A stretch of DNA of 64,000 bases from Patellaria atrata CBS 101060 (taxonomy: Eukaryota). Below are positions 11,948 through 23,836 of the stretch, one piece after another. Position 1 is the first letter of the stretch, and each line of letters opens with the position of its first letter. The position numbers and the translations under genes were made by a program. Location of the stretch: positions 1 to 64,000 of the forward strand of contig MU006104.1 of NCBI GenBank assembly GCA_010093705.1, in the 5' to 3' direction. The notes under the pieces were generated by a model that was given only the letters and a program-made list of their open reading frames with translations, was not told the DNA's origin and did not search any database.

Positions 11948-13936
11948 ATGTCTTCCCGTACCGAAACGAAGAATCGCGGTGGGCGCGATCCTCATCAACA
12001 GCCGCAGCGATCAGGTGTGAATAAGAATCGTACCAACCTCCGCGTTGATCGCGATGGGGATTTGGTCATGGGCGCACCAAAAGCAAAACGTGGTGGAATT
12101 AGCAAGAACAAGAACCGAGGTGGAGCGCGCGATCAGCCAGAACGTATGAGAATTGACAAGCCCGGAATGGCAGCTGCCATAGCGAAACACATAGCCCAAA
12201 ATAATACACAAGGATCGCGATCAAGTACACCTGTCTCTTTCTCTACCCAACGAAAGGATATCAAAGTCACGGGATGGAAAAAGAGTAAGGCTTCGTCGAA
12301 CGCTGATGGTGGGATTTCTTCACTTATTGCCTTCCTCGAAAAACGTATGGGTATCCAAATGAGCAAACGTGTCACAGCTGGGTCTTCCACCGCTCAACAT
12401 GTTGTCAAGATCACCGACTATCGCGTCGATGGTGATGCCGTTGTCATCAATCTTCCAGCAGCCGATGCTTCTGCGCTACTTCGTCTCAATGGTTACCAGT
12501 TCGCTGCCGCAAACATCAAAGTGGAACAGCTTCGTGATCGCTCTGGATCACCTCAAAACAAGAGCACCTCACAAACCACTGAAGAATTGAAAACCATTCT
12601 CACAAATCTTCTTACTCGTCGTTATAATGCTGAGCAGAAGCTTCTTGACCTCAGTGCCTTAGGCCAAGATACTGAGTTGAATGCTCTAGGTATGTTCGAC
12701 TCGCCCACCACACAGGCAAAATTGTTCCCCGCCTTAATGAAGGTTTGTGATGAACAATTCAAGACCGCTCAGGAAAAGCAGGAGACCATCCTTGGTGTTA
12801 GCATCGCCAACAATGAGCTTACTTCAGTCCAAATTGTGGCGTCACTCGCGCCCACACTTCCACAGCTCAAGAATCTTGATATCTCCAACAACAAATTTGC
12901 AAATTTATCCGCTATCCAGGCATGGAAACACAAGTTCCGGCATCTTGATCACATTGTCACCACCGGAAACCCATTCGAACAAATGCCTGAGCATCAGACT
13001 GAACTGTTGAAGTGGTATCCTACTTTACGTTTCCTCAACGGTGTTCAAGTCCGTTCCGATGAAGAAGCTCTCCATGGTTCGAAAGGTGCTAAACATTATG
13101 GAAAACCAATCTTAGGACCTTTGTTTCAGGATGAGAATCAGATCGCGGAAAATTTTATCAAGACTTTCTTCCAAGCATACGATCAGGACCGCGCCTGGCT
13201 CGTCAACAACTATTACGATGCTACCAGCACGTTTTCCTTGGCCGTCAACACCCATGCCAAGCGTGATCCTTCTCAACAGGAGACTATGCAACCTCAGGAG
13301 TGGGATCAATACATCAAGAAGAGTAGGAACCTCAAACACCTCAACCACCTTCAGGCCCGTATCAAGCGCAGCTTCACTGGCCAAGTAGACATTCTCAATG
13401 TCCTCACCAGCCTTCCTCTCACCCAGCATCCTAATCTCCTGACAAACGGTTCGAAGTGGTCTGTCGAATGCGTCGCACAACCAGGTGTGCCCGATCCAAC
13501 CGGCCAATCACCCACTGGTGTCGGTGGATTCCTCATCACAATTCATGGCGAGTTCAACGAACTTGACCGCGAGACGAAAGAAGTTCAGAAGCACCGCAGT
13601 TTCGATCGCACCTTTATCCTTGGTCCTGGTGGCGCAACTGGTGTTCGTGTTGTCAGCGACTTGTTGACTGTCAGAGCTTATGGCGGCTACGAAGCCTGGG
13701 TTCCTACTGAGCCCACCGTTCCCACCATGCCTGTCGCGCCTGCTGCACCCAATGCCGCAGAGCAGGATATGATCATCATGGAATTTTGCAAGGCCTCCGG
13801 CATGAAGTACGAATTTTCAAAGCAGTGCCTCGATGAGAATTTCTGGAACGTCCCTCAGGCTATGGAGCAGTTTCTCGCTGTCAAAGACACTCTCCCCGCC
13901 GGTGCATTCATTCAAACCGAGGAGGTTATCGGTTAG
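11948..13936 (+). CDS. MEX67: mRNA export factor Mex67/NXF1
   Basis: Basic N-terminus, RRM-like region, LRRs (LTRRYNAEQKLLDLSAL, LKNLDISNN), NTF2-like domain (FFQAYDQDR, RSFDRTFIL), C-terminal TAP-C/UBA (SGMKYEFSKQCLDENFWN). Confidence 0.93.
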   Translation: MSSRTETKNRGGRDPHQQPQRSGVNKNRTNLRVDRDGDLVMGAPKAKRGGISKNKNRGGARDQPERMRIDKPGMAAAIAKHIAQNNTQGSRSSTPVSFSTQRKDIKVTGWKKSKASSNADGGISSLIAFLEKRMGIQMSKRVTAGSSTAQHVVKITDYRVDGDAVVINLPAADASALLRLNGYQFAAANIKVEQLRDRSGSPQNKSTSQTTEELKTILTNLLTRRYNAEQKLLDLSALGQDTELNALGMFDSPTTQAKLFPALMKVCDEQFKTAQEKQETILGVSIANNELTSVQIVASLAPTLPQLKNLDISNNKFANLSAIQAWKHKFRHLDHIVTTGNPFEQMPEHQTELLKWYPTLRFLNGVQVRSDEEALHGSKGAKHYGKPILGPLFQDENQIAENFIKTFFQAYDQDRAWLVNNYYDATSTFSLAVNTHAKRDPSQQETMQPQEWDQYIKKSRNLKHLNHLQARIKRSFTGQVDILNVLTSLPLTQHPNLLTNGSKWSVECVAQPGVPDPTGQSPTGVGGFLITIHGEFNELDRETKEVQKHRSFDRTFILGPGGATGVRVVSDLLTVRAYGGYEAWVPTEPTVPTMPVAPAAPNAAEQDMIIMEFCKASGMKYEFSKQCLDENFWNVPQAMEQFLAVKDTLPAGAFIQTEEVIG

Positions 13937-14595
13937 TGAATTACAAGATCTCAATGCTGAGAGATGACGAATAGAAATAGCTAGGATTAATGAGAGAATT
14001 AACAATGCATGGAAGGTTAAGAATTTGTTCAAGAGCGACGGATAGGTACCATCGGGTGGATCATCACATGGTCTGCATCAGACCTTATCAACTCAACAGA
14101 ATCATTTTTTCAAGGCGCAGCAAAAGTTTATTATATAAGAAAGGCAAGGCGAATCGAATTCGGCGTTTCATGTCCATAACTGCATCATCGGGCGGGTCTC
14201 TGGTTTTGGGTTTGGCGGATTCTAGACGGATATATCATCGGCGTTTTCTGGGCATCGGACTGGATGAATGGGCATGCATCGGTGTTTGGATCGGATCTGA
14301 GCGCTTCGAGAGCCCGAGTAGGCTGAGGGCGTTTATCATATTGTGTGTGAGGGTTGACATCATTCTGCCTTAACGGCTTCTAAGTAGCTGGATCAACGGC
14401 TTCTTAGCTTGATTCTGTGCTGTGGGTTTTGTGATGTGATCTTGATCTTCGTGCTGTGAGTCCCTTTGTGTGGTGGTCCATATCTTGCTAACTAGCATTG
14501 ACTACGACACCTCCCACCTTGCGCGCAATACAGCTATATGTAATGTTGTCCTGGGTTATGTCGCAGTCTTATAATAGCACTCCTCAACACTTACA

Positions 14596-14665
14596 CACCG
14601 CTTCATAGGCGCCGTTTCATATACACCATTTCATAGGCACCGTTTCATTAACGCCATTTCATGGA
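14596..14665. repeat. Five-copy 14-bp degenerate tandem repeat (CRCCRYTTCATNNN)
   Basis: caccgcttcatagg / cgccgtttcatata / caccatttcatagg / caccgtttcattaa / cgccatttcatgga. Confidence 0.85.
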
Positions 14666-14769
14666 CGGGAGCAAGCTCATGATGGGTCGGATTTCATTAT
14701 CGCTTAGTATATCTACTCATACAGCATACATCATCATCCGGATACAAACTCTCAATATCTCCACAGAAT

Positions 14770-15755
14770 CTACGCCTTCCCAGCCTCCCCAGCCCGTTTC
14801 TCAAACTCCAGTCTCTCTAACGCCGCCTGCTTCTTCCTCGCGCGCTTACTAAGCACCATCCCCTCCTCTCCACCCTTCACAGCAGCAAGCGTCCCACCAA
14901 GCATATCCGCTTTCCTCTTCTGCGCGTTCTCCCCCCCGGCCTTCCCTTTCCCCTTCGCGCCCGGCTCTCCCTTCGGTTTCTCCCCAGCATACACGACGTC
15001 CACGACGGCTCTGAAACTCGTCCTCTTCAGCCTCGCGCCGACGACCACACGTCGCGCCTCCTCCACCACAGCTTCCCTGGCCCGCTCCTCAGAGAGGCCC
15101 CACACGACGGCGAGGTTCATCGCATCCCAGGGTCCCCTACAGCACAGCGCGGTCCCGGCCTCGGAGCTAAGAACCAACCCCCGTCCACGCGTCGCGCGGA
15201 TCAGACTCGCGGCGTTGGAGATGAGATTGCGTTTTGCCGCGGCGTCTTTGCTCAGCGCGGCGGCGTAGCAGAGCTCGATTTTGACGCCGCGAGCGATGGC
15301 GGCGTTGAGGGGTTTGCTTTTGAAGGGGTACGGGTGTCGCTGGGTCAGGTCGAGGGAGATGAGGTCGCAGTCGAGGGTTAGGCAGGCATGTTGGAAGGTT
15401 TGTTCGGTTGTTGGGCGTAGGGCTAGGAGGTCGTAGTGTGGGTGGGTTGAGGGGAGGCGGAGGTTGAGAGATGTGCTTGTTAGGGGGATTGTGAGGCGGC
15501 GGAGGATGCGGAGGTTCGGGGGAGTCGGGATTGGGAGGGGGGTTGGGATTGCGCTGATGAGAGGGGAGGGGAGTGTGGGTGTCGGGAGGGTGTGGGTTAG
15601 GGCTATGGTTGCGTAGCCAACTGGAATGTGTTAGAGGGATACATTGATACATTTTGTAACTGGTGGTGGGACATACGTTCTGCGAGGAAGGAGAGAGTTC
15701 GTGGGAGCTCGGGGTCGTTGGGTGTCCAGGTGACGTTTAGATCGTGGAATGACAT
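14770..15755 (-). CDS. RPP1: RNase P/MRP subunit p30 (2 exons; intron 15621-15676)
   Basis: Spliced translation MSFHDLNVTW...LSFLAELGYATIAL...YDLLALRPTTEQTFQHACLTLDCDLISLDLTQR...AIARGVKIELCY...SSEA...RGPWDAMNL; GTATGT donor, CTAAC branch, CAG acceptor. Confidence 0.9.
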
Positions 15756-16466
15756 TGTGGTTGTGAAGGAGGTTGTTTGTTCTTAAAGGTCTTCTATATT
15801 GGCCTTCACTGCTCCCGTCCTTGTGTCTCCAGGTTCCGTCTGTTGACCTCGCTTGCCTTTCTCTTTCTTGCTTGACAGGTATGTATTCAGGTGGTAACGA
15901 GTGGAGCAATTATGGGCTTTCTGAGAGCACACCTTCCCTAATCAAAACCCACACTCTGTCCTTCCAATTCTCCTTCTGTATCATAGCGAAGTTGAAAATA
16001 TGACCAGGATGGAGATCAAACGGGTCAATGTACGAAGCCGAGGTGAGTTCCTGTTCGATTGATGAGGCTCAAACTTTCGTCACTTGTCGTCTCGAGTCGG
16101 ATCGCTTACGGTCTTGGCCTTTGCCTGGTTACCCAGCACGATTGGGCTCAAGCCTCCAGCAACACCAAGCAACAACCGCTAACATCCACTTCATCACACC
16201 CAGTCAGCACAGGCGACCATAGCGATACAAGCCCATCATCCGCACCCGCACCCACTCCCACAACTGCCCCGCCGTCTACCCAGCCCGCAGAGGCCTCCTC
16301 CCCCTCTACCACACACCCGGTATCTAGGAAGCAAAAGTTCCTCAGCGCCCTCAATTTGACTTGCATCCCGCTCTTGATCCTCCTCGCCGCGGCACTCCTT
16401 GCCCACTGCTTTCACCCTTCAGACTCAGTTGGTATAAGGACTGTCCCAGGCCGTGGGCCCGTAAAC

Positions 16467-17716
<1,250 letters not shown>

Positions 17717-18346
17717 AAGCTGGATATCATTCATTCTATAGCAACTAACCGTGTATCATTCCTCTCTTAGCGAGGCACACGTAATGGAACAAATGAATTC
17801 AAACAAGGAATGAGTCCGTAATTCATACAAGTCTGGTCTTGATTGCAGACCGCACACTTAATTCGGCGGAATTTGGGTATTATTCATTCCTATCCTTTTG
17901 ATGCTTTCCTGGCATTCTCGACGGAGGCGGAATTCTGATGTTATGCATGTTATGTCGCTACGAAAACCTGGGGTTTGTAGGAGAGGGAGAGCAGGGCGTC
18001 TAATGCGGGTGGCGATTGTAGATTTTTAGCTGAGAAGTGCAGTACCTTTGGGTTTACCCACCTCACTCATACTGTCTGCTTCACCTTCTTATAATGGGAG
18101 TGTACCATTGAGTGACCGTACTGTCCGGCTATGATCTACTGATAAGATAAACAGATCGGTAGACCGAACAGTCGGCTATACCGGCTCTACATTACCCTCG
18201 GCTCAGGAGCTTGAGCCCTCATCTCCCACCACCTCCCATACTCTACCCGCCGCCCATAAAACATGAATAGCTGACTCCGGCCCCAATATGGGTCATCCCG
18301 GCCTCCTACACCATCACTGCACTCACGGTTCCCGAGAACGCCACCA

Positions 18347-19425
18347 ATGGCAACCATGAGCGCCGCCTCCGCGGCCGCAATAGCCCGCCTCAGAGCATAC
18401 AAACCCCCGCCGACTTCATACGGCAGCTTGCCTCTGTCCCGCCGTGCCGCGGTGCTTATACTCTTGTTTGTGGGCAGGGAGGGCGAGTTGAGGGTCGTGC
18501 TCACGATGCGAAGTCGGAGTCTGAGCAGCTATGCGGGTCAGGCTGCGCTGCCGGGGGGTAGGTCTTTATCGTTCATAACTGTAGGGTGGTATTGGGATAT
18601 TTGAGGTGTTCTCGGTATAGAGTAAGTTGTTAATGCCATGTAGGAAAAGCAGACACCCCTTCCGAAACCCCCCTCCAAACCTCCCGCCGCGAAGCCTTCG
18701 AGGAAATCGGTCTCCCGCTCTCCGACGCCGGATTACCGCCCCCGTTTATCGTCGAGCATTTATGTCTGCTACCGATGCATCTCGCGAAGACGGAGTTGGG
18801 CGTCATGCCGTGTGTTGCGTTTTTGAACCCGTCTGCCTCTCCCTCCTCATTATCAGAAGCTAGCACTAGAACCGCGGCAATCCCAGACGTAGAAACGACA
18901 CTGATCCCCCGTCTGGACGCGAAGGAAGTCGCTGCCGTGTTCACCGCGCCCTTTGCTTCATTCTTGGAGTCCTCTCTCCCCCCCTCGTCGTCTTCGTCGG
19001 CTGCAAACCCGACCCCGGCGCCCGAGGCACACAAGTGGTACCACGGCCTCTGGACCGAATGGCACGAAACACGATGGCGCATGCATAATTTCTACGTCCC
19101 CTATTCTTCGTCTAATCCCGTGCTTTCCTCCCCTTCATCCTCTTCACCTTTCAAACCCTCCTCTTCCCCCGACGTGAGCACGGTGTCCGACACTAGGACA
19201 CCTACAGATATCAGGAACCCAACGCACTTCCGCGTCTTCGGCATGACGGCGCGCATCCTCGTCGATGCGGCGAGGGTCGCGTACGCGAGGGAGCCGGAGT
19301 TCGAGCATAATGGACATTTCGGGGATGAGGGGTTGATTGCGCGGTTGCTTGGGTGTGGGCTGTTGCAGAGCGAGAGACGGAGGGGGGAGGAGGTGGAGAG
19401 GGGTTTAGGTGGGGGGAAGCTTTAG
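18347..19425 (+). CDS. PCD1: Nudix CoA diphosphatase, Pcd1/NUDT7-like (intron 18558-18643), C-terminal -GKL
   Basis: RRAAVLILLF, VLTMRSRSLSSYAGQAALPGG (CoA motif) joined by splicing to the Nudix box GGKAD..ETPLQTSRREAFEEIGL; VFGMTARIL. Confidence 0.88.
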
Positions 19426-19790
19426 GGATTGAGGGGAGGTTTGGGGGGGAGGTTTTAGAGTTTGGGGCTTTAAGGGGGTCACTTTGAAGGATGAACTGCG
19501 GTTCAGAAAAACTGGATATAGATCAAAAATACCGAATCAAGTATCGGGTAACTAGCTAAGTTGTGACACTAAAACCGATAGACAAGTAATCCAGGTAGTG
19601 TGTCAAGTCGAAATATCATAAATGCCACCATGATCATCCTCGGTGTCTCAAGTGTACCGACACGGACACAGCGATATGAAAGCCAACCTAATCAAGTATG
19701 CCATCCATCCCAACCCATAAAACCAAACCATAACACCAGAAACACTTTCAATCGATCAACGTCTCGCACTTCCGGTTCGAAAATAATCAA

Positions 19791-21197
19791 TCACTCGATC
19801 AAACTCTCGCACTTCAAACACTGGACTTCTTCATCCCAAGCGCTCTTCTCAACACCATCGAAAACCTCAACAATCTTAATCTTCGTCTTCTCTTTCCGCG
19901 CACCGCTGCTATCCTTATCCACGTCCTTATCCACCTGCTCACTGCCATCTTTATCCACATCCGTAGCAACACCACTATCAACACGCTCATCACCCTTCAT
20001 GTCCAACCTCGCCGTGAACGCAACACCACTCTCATCCTTGCCCAACTTACCAACAGCCAAATAATCGTACAAAGCGGGAGCGGAGTGGCGTTTCTTGGAG
20101 CGCTTGTTGAAATGAGGAGATGGAGAGGCAATGCGGGCGGGGAGGGCCAGAGAGCGGGAGGTGTAAATGCGGCGGAGGGAAAAGCGGAGGAGGCAAGTTG
20201 CGTGGAGCCAGGTTGCGCACGTGGAGCAGCGGAGGAGGGGGTGTTCGGGCTTGTGGGGGGTGGCGCAAGTGCAGTGGGTGCGGGGGTTCTATATTCCAAC
20301 ATCAATCAGCATGTTGATTCAGGGGTCAGGAGATGAGTTTTTTTCGGGACTTACAGAGAGTTGACCAGACAGCTTATCGTAGTACTGGCGCCAATAGAGC
20401 GGTTCATCGTCCGCCATCCAGGCGTCATCGTCGTCGTTCGATTCGTCCCAGCGCACGACGTTGGCGCGGCCTTGAACCGATTTCGCGTCGATGATTTGCA
20501 TGTCATTGCTCGCGATGACTTCGCGCCTGCCGTGGTAGGGTTGGCGGCCGGCGGGGAGGTCTTCGGGGCGGTACATCCAGTAGACGCGGAGGTAAACGTG
20601 AGCGGTGTCGCCGCCGCGGATCTCCAAGACGCGAGCCACCCAGTCGGTCAGACGGTCGGGTGGGTCTGCGCCACCGTTGGTGGTGGAGGGTGCGCTGGTG
20701 TCTTCTTCCTGCTTAACGTACACGTAGCACTGCGTTTCGAACTCTTCGCGCTCGATTGTGAATTTCTTGTACTTCCTAGCTTTCTCCCAGTATGTGGCTG
20801 GGGATATGGTGTATTTGCTTGTGACGCCGGAATTGAAGTGATCCGGCTCTTCTAGTACCTCGGTCGCGTCGGTGTCGTCGTGTTTGCGCTTTTTGGAGGT
20901 CTTGGTGGTGGGATTGGGTTTCGGGGTCGAGAGAGGCTGCTGCACCAGCTTGAATTCGAAGTCTTGTGGGACGGTGTCCCAGTCGACTTGGGCGGGACTG
21001 TGTGGGTGTCCCTTTATGTTGCATACTTTGGTACGCTTTGTGGAAGATTGAGAGGCGGGAGGAGGGTTCCGAGGAGGTGGAGAGGCGCCTTTTGCCTCGG
21101 ATTGAGGTACGGGTCGAGACTGGAGCTGTTTGTCCAGTACGGATTGATTTGGGGTTGAGGGAGTCTGGGGAGCGGGATTTTTGACGGAGTTAGTCAT
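19791..21197 (-). CDS. BAH domain plus split-PHD-finger protein (EPR-1/BP1-like; intron 20289-20354)
   Basis: BAH: WVARVLEIR..HVYLRVYWMYRPEDLP.GRQPYHGRREVIASNDMQII. Exon 2 gives HCTCATPHKPEHPLLRCSTCATWLHATCL, with the last Cys pair (CLKC) at the extreme C-terminus. Confidence 0.85.
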
Positions 21198-22581
21198 GAT
21201 GAAGGGGATTGGGATGGATAGAGCAGATGATTGGAGAGATATGGTGATAGAAACGTGGTTGGCCAGCAACGAGAAGACTGTAGAATTGAGAGGTATCTAG
21301 TATCGCTACGAAGTGATGGGGTTACTATGGTATGCGATACGTGGGAAAGATCTTCAAGAACTGAGAGACTGAGATGCGAGAGAGTTATATTGAAGTAAGA
21401 TGTTAGAGACAGCATAAGCGAGGAGAGCGTCAATAGAAAGAACAATAGTGAGCGCAACAATTGCGCATCAATTGTGTGAAGAATAGGAAGCTATTGTGCT
21501 GGAGAGCTCGTGAGCAGGAGGTTTGAAGAGTATAGCCAGACGCGTCCCCGATTGGCTAGATTGGTATCCGCGTGTTGGGGCACAGACCATCTCGCAGTAC
21601 AATAGCTAAATAGAATATTTGCTGCTATTGTCTATTGAGAATGTCAATTGAGAGTCAAGGTTTTAGGAGAGAAGTCCTCGTAGTAAAGATCAGATTCGTG
21701 ATTGTAGGATACTTATGACGTTATCAATTGTGTTGCAACTTGTAGAAATCCTCTCAGATTCTCATGGTCCAAAAAGGGCATAGCGGTAACAGTATAGATT
21801 CTGTCATTACCGTATTTCCTCCCTCATCGCCACATCTCTAAATGATATTGTACGGCTGCTATACTCACGATGCTAGACTGTACGGTACATGTCCTCATAA
21901 TCTGTATGACGCCTTTACCTTTGAAAGAGTTACTGATACTCCATACACAGGTCAAAGTGTACTTGTCCAGCGAGCGTACAGCAGGGCAATCGTATGGAGA
22001 CCAGGATTTGTCAACCCCGACGATAGATAAAACTGAGTCTCTATCATTATATAGTTTGATAATGTAAGTGCTGAATCCAAGATATACCGTCGGGTGGGCT
22101 TTACCCAGTATGAGATACCTAGCAGGATAATTTTTTACAATAGTGGAAGATAGGGATCCTTGACACAGTATACGGCGTGAACGCTTCTTCTCAAAGCGCA
22201 TAATCTTTTTTTGGTCATTAGCTTAACGGCTAGAAATGGAACGAATCCATATAGTTCTCTATAATCCTGAAAATATTTTGATTCGTGCGCGATACGAGTT
22301 TTCAGTTGAGGTTAGTGAAAGTTCAGTTTCGCGTTGGATGTCTTTCTACATGCACGTTACCTTCCAAAGGGTACCACTATCCAAAATCTTTAGCATACCA
22401 AAAGTTATTTCCAAAAGGTCGTGGATTTTTTTGGTCTTTTGCCTAGTACTTTGAAAACGAGTAATCCATATAGTTTTTGAAATCTCTAGAAAAAATCTCG
22501 ACGATCAATATGCGATAACGTAGGTTATAAGCGAGTCGCCAGCCCAACAACTTTCTACACCATCCTCACTATTAACATCAA

Positions 22582-23586
22582 TAGCTCAACCATGTATTAC
22601 TCAATCAAGCTATCAAGAAGCAGATATTATTCTTGCTATCTCCTCTATTAAGAACAAATAGATTAAGAGCGCTAACTGTGCTGCTTCAACGTACAATGTC
22701 CCTCGATCAACACTCCGTGACCGACGCGCTGGGAAGCTAATAAGACGTGATTGCCAGCCGAACTCTAAGAAGCTCACCCAGCTAGAGGAGGAGGTAGTAG
22801 TCAAGCATATACTACAGTTGGATACGCATGGATTTTCGCCTACATACAATGCTGTACGAGATATGGCTAATCTACTACTCGCTCGGCGTGGTGGCTCTCC
22901 TATTGGCATCCCTGGCCACGCAACTTTGTGAAGTGGACAGACAGTCTTAAGACGCGTTTCAACCGGCCTTATGATAGGCAGAGAGCCTTATGTGAGGATC
23001 CAGGGTTTATCAGCAGCTGGTTTGAGCTTGTACAGCACACAAAAGCTACGTACGGTATCTGCGATGAGGATATCTACAACTTTGACGAAGCTGGCTTCTT
23101 GATGGGCAAGATCATGACTCAGCTTGTTATGACTGGGTCAGAGAGGCGAGGCCGGCCAAAGGCTATTCAGCCAGGCAATCGCGAGTGGGTGACAGTGATC
23201 CAAGGAATCAACGCTGCTGGATGGGGTATCCCACCATTTATCATCTTTGCTGGTCAGCACCACCTGTCTGCCTGGTACGAGGAGGAGGATATACCACAAG
23301 ACTGGGCTATCGCAGTCAGCGACAATGGCTGAACTACCAACGAGCTTGGAGTTGCCTGGCTAAAGCACTTCATTAAGCATACAGAGACCCAGGTGGTAGG
23401 CGCACGTCGGCTGCTTATTCTTGATGGCCATGAGAGCCACCACTCACTTGAGTTTCAAGCCCTCTGCAAGGAGAACAATATCTATACGCTCTGCATGCCA
23501 CCTCATTCATCCCACCTGCTGCAACCACTTGATGTTGGCTGCTTCTCGCCATTGAAGCGCGCATATAGCCGTCAGGTTGAAGCCTT
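22582..23586 (+). pseudogene. Inactivated Fot1-type DDE transposase
   Basis: HTH region (YNVPRSTLRDR, KLTQLEEEV), IYNFDEAGF, LLILDGHESH, HLLQPLDVGCFSPLK. Lesions: ATA at the expected start, an in-frame TAG near 22658, a frameshift near 22910, TGA at 23330-32 in place of the expected Trp (SDNGW). Confidence 0.9.
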
Positions 23587-23836
23587 NNNNNNNNNNNNNN
23601 NNNNNNNNNNNNNNNNNNNNNNNNNNNNNNNNNNNNNNNNNNNNNNNNNNNNNNNNNNNNNNNNNNNNNNNNNNNNNNNNNNNNNNNNNNNNNNNNNNNN
23701 NNNNNNNNNNNNNNNNNNNNNNNNNNNNNNNNNNNNNNNNNNNNNNNNNNNNNNNNNNNNNNNNNNNNNNNNNNNNNNNNNNNNNNNNNNNNNNNNNNNN
23801 NNNNNNNNNNNNNNNNNNNNNNNNNNNNNNNNNNNN
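23587..23836. other. Assembly gap (250 N)
   Basis: Run of N inside the transposon. Confidence 1.

Noticed and set aside
14596..14665. CRISPR-like array (also 24315-24442 and 42495-42602)
   Set aside because: Eukaryotic context, no unique spacers, no cas genes; these are simple tandem repeats.
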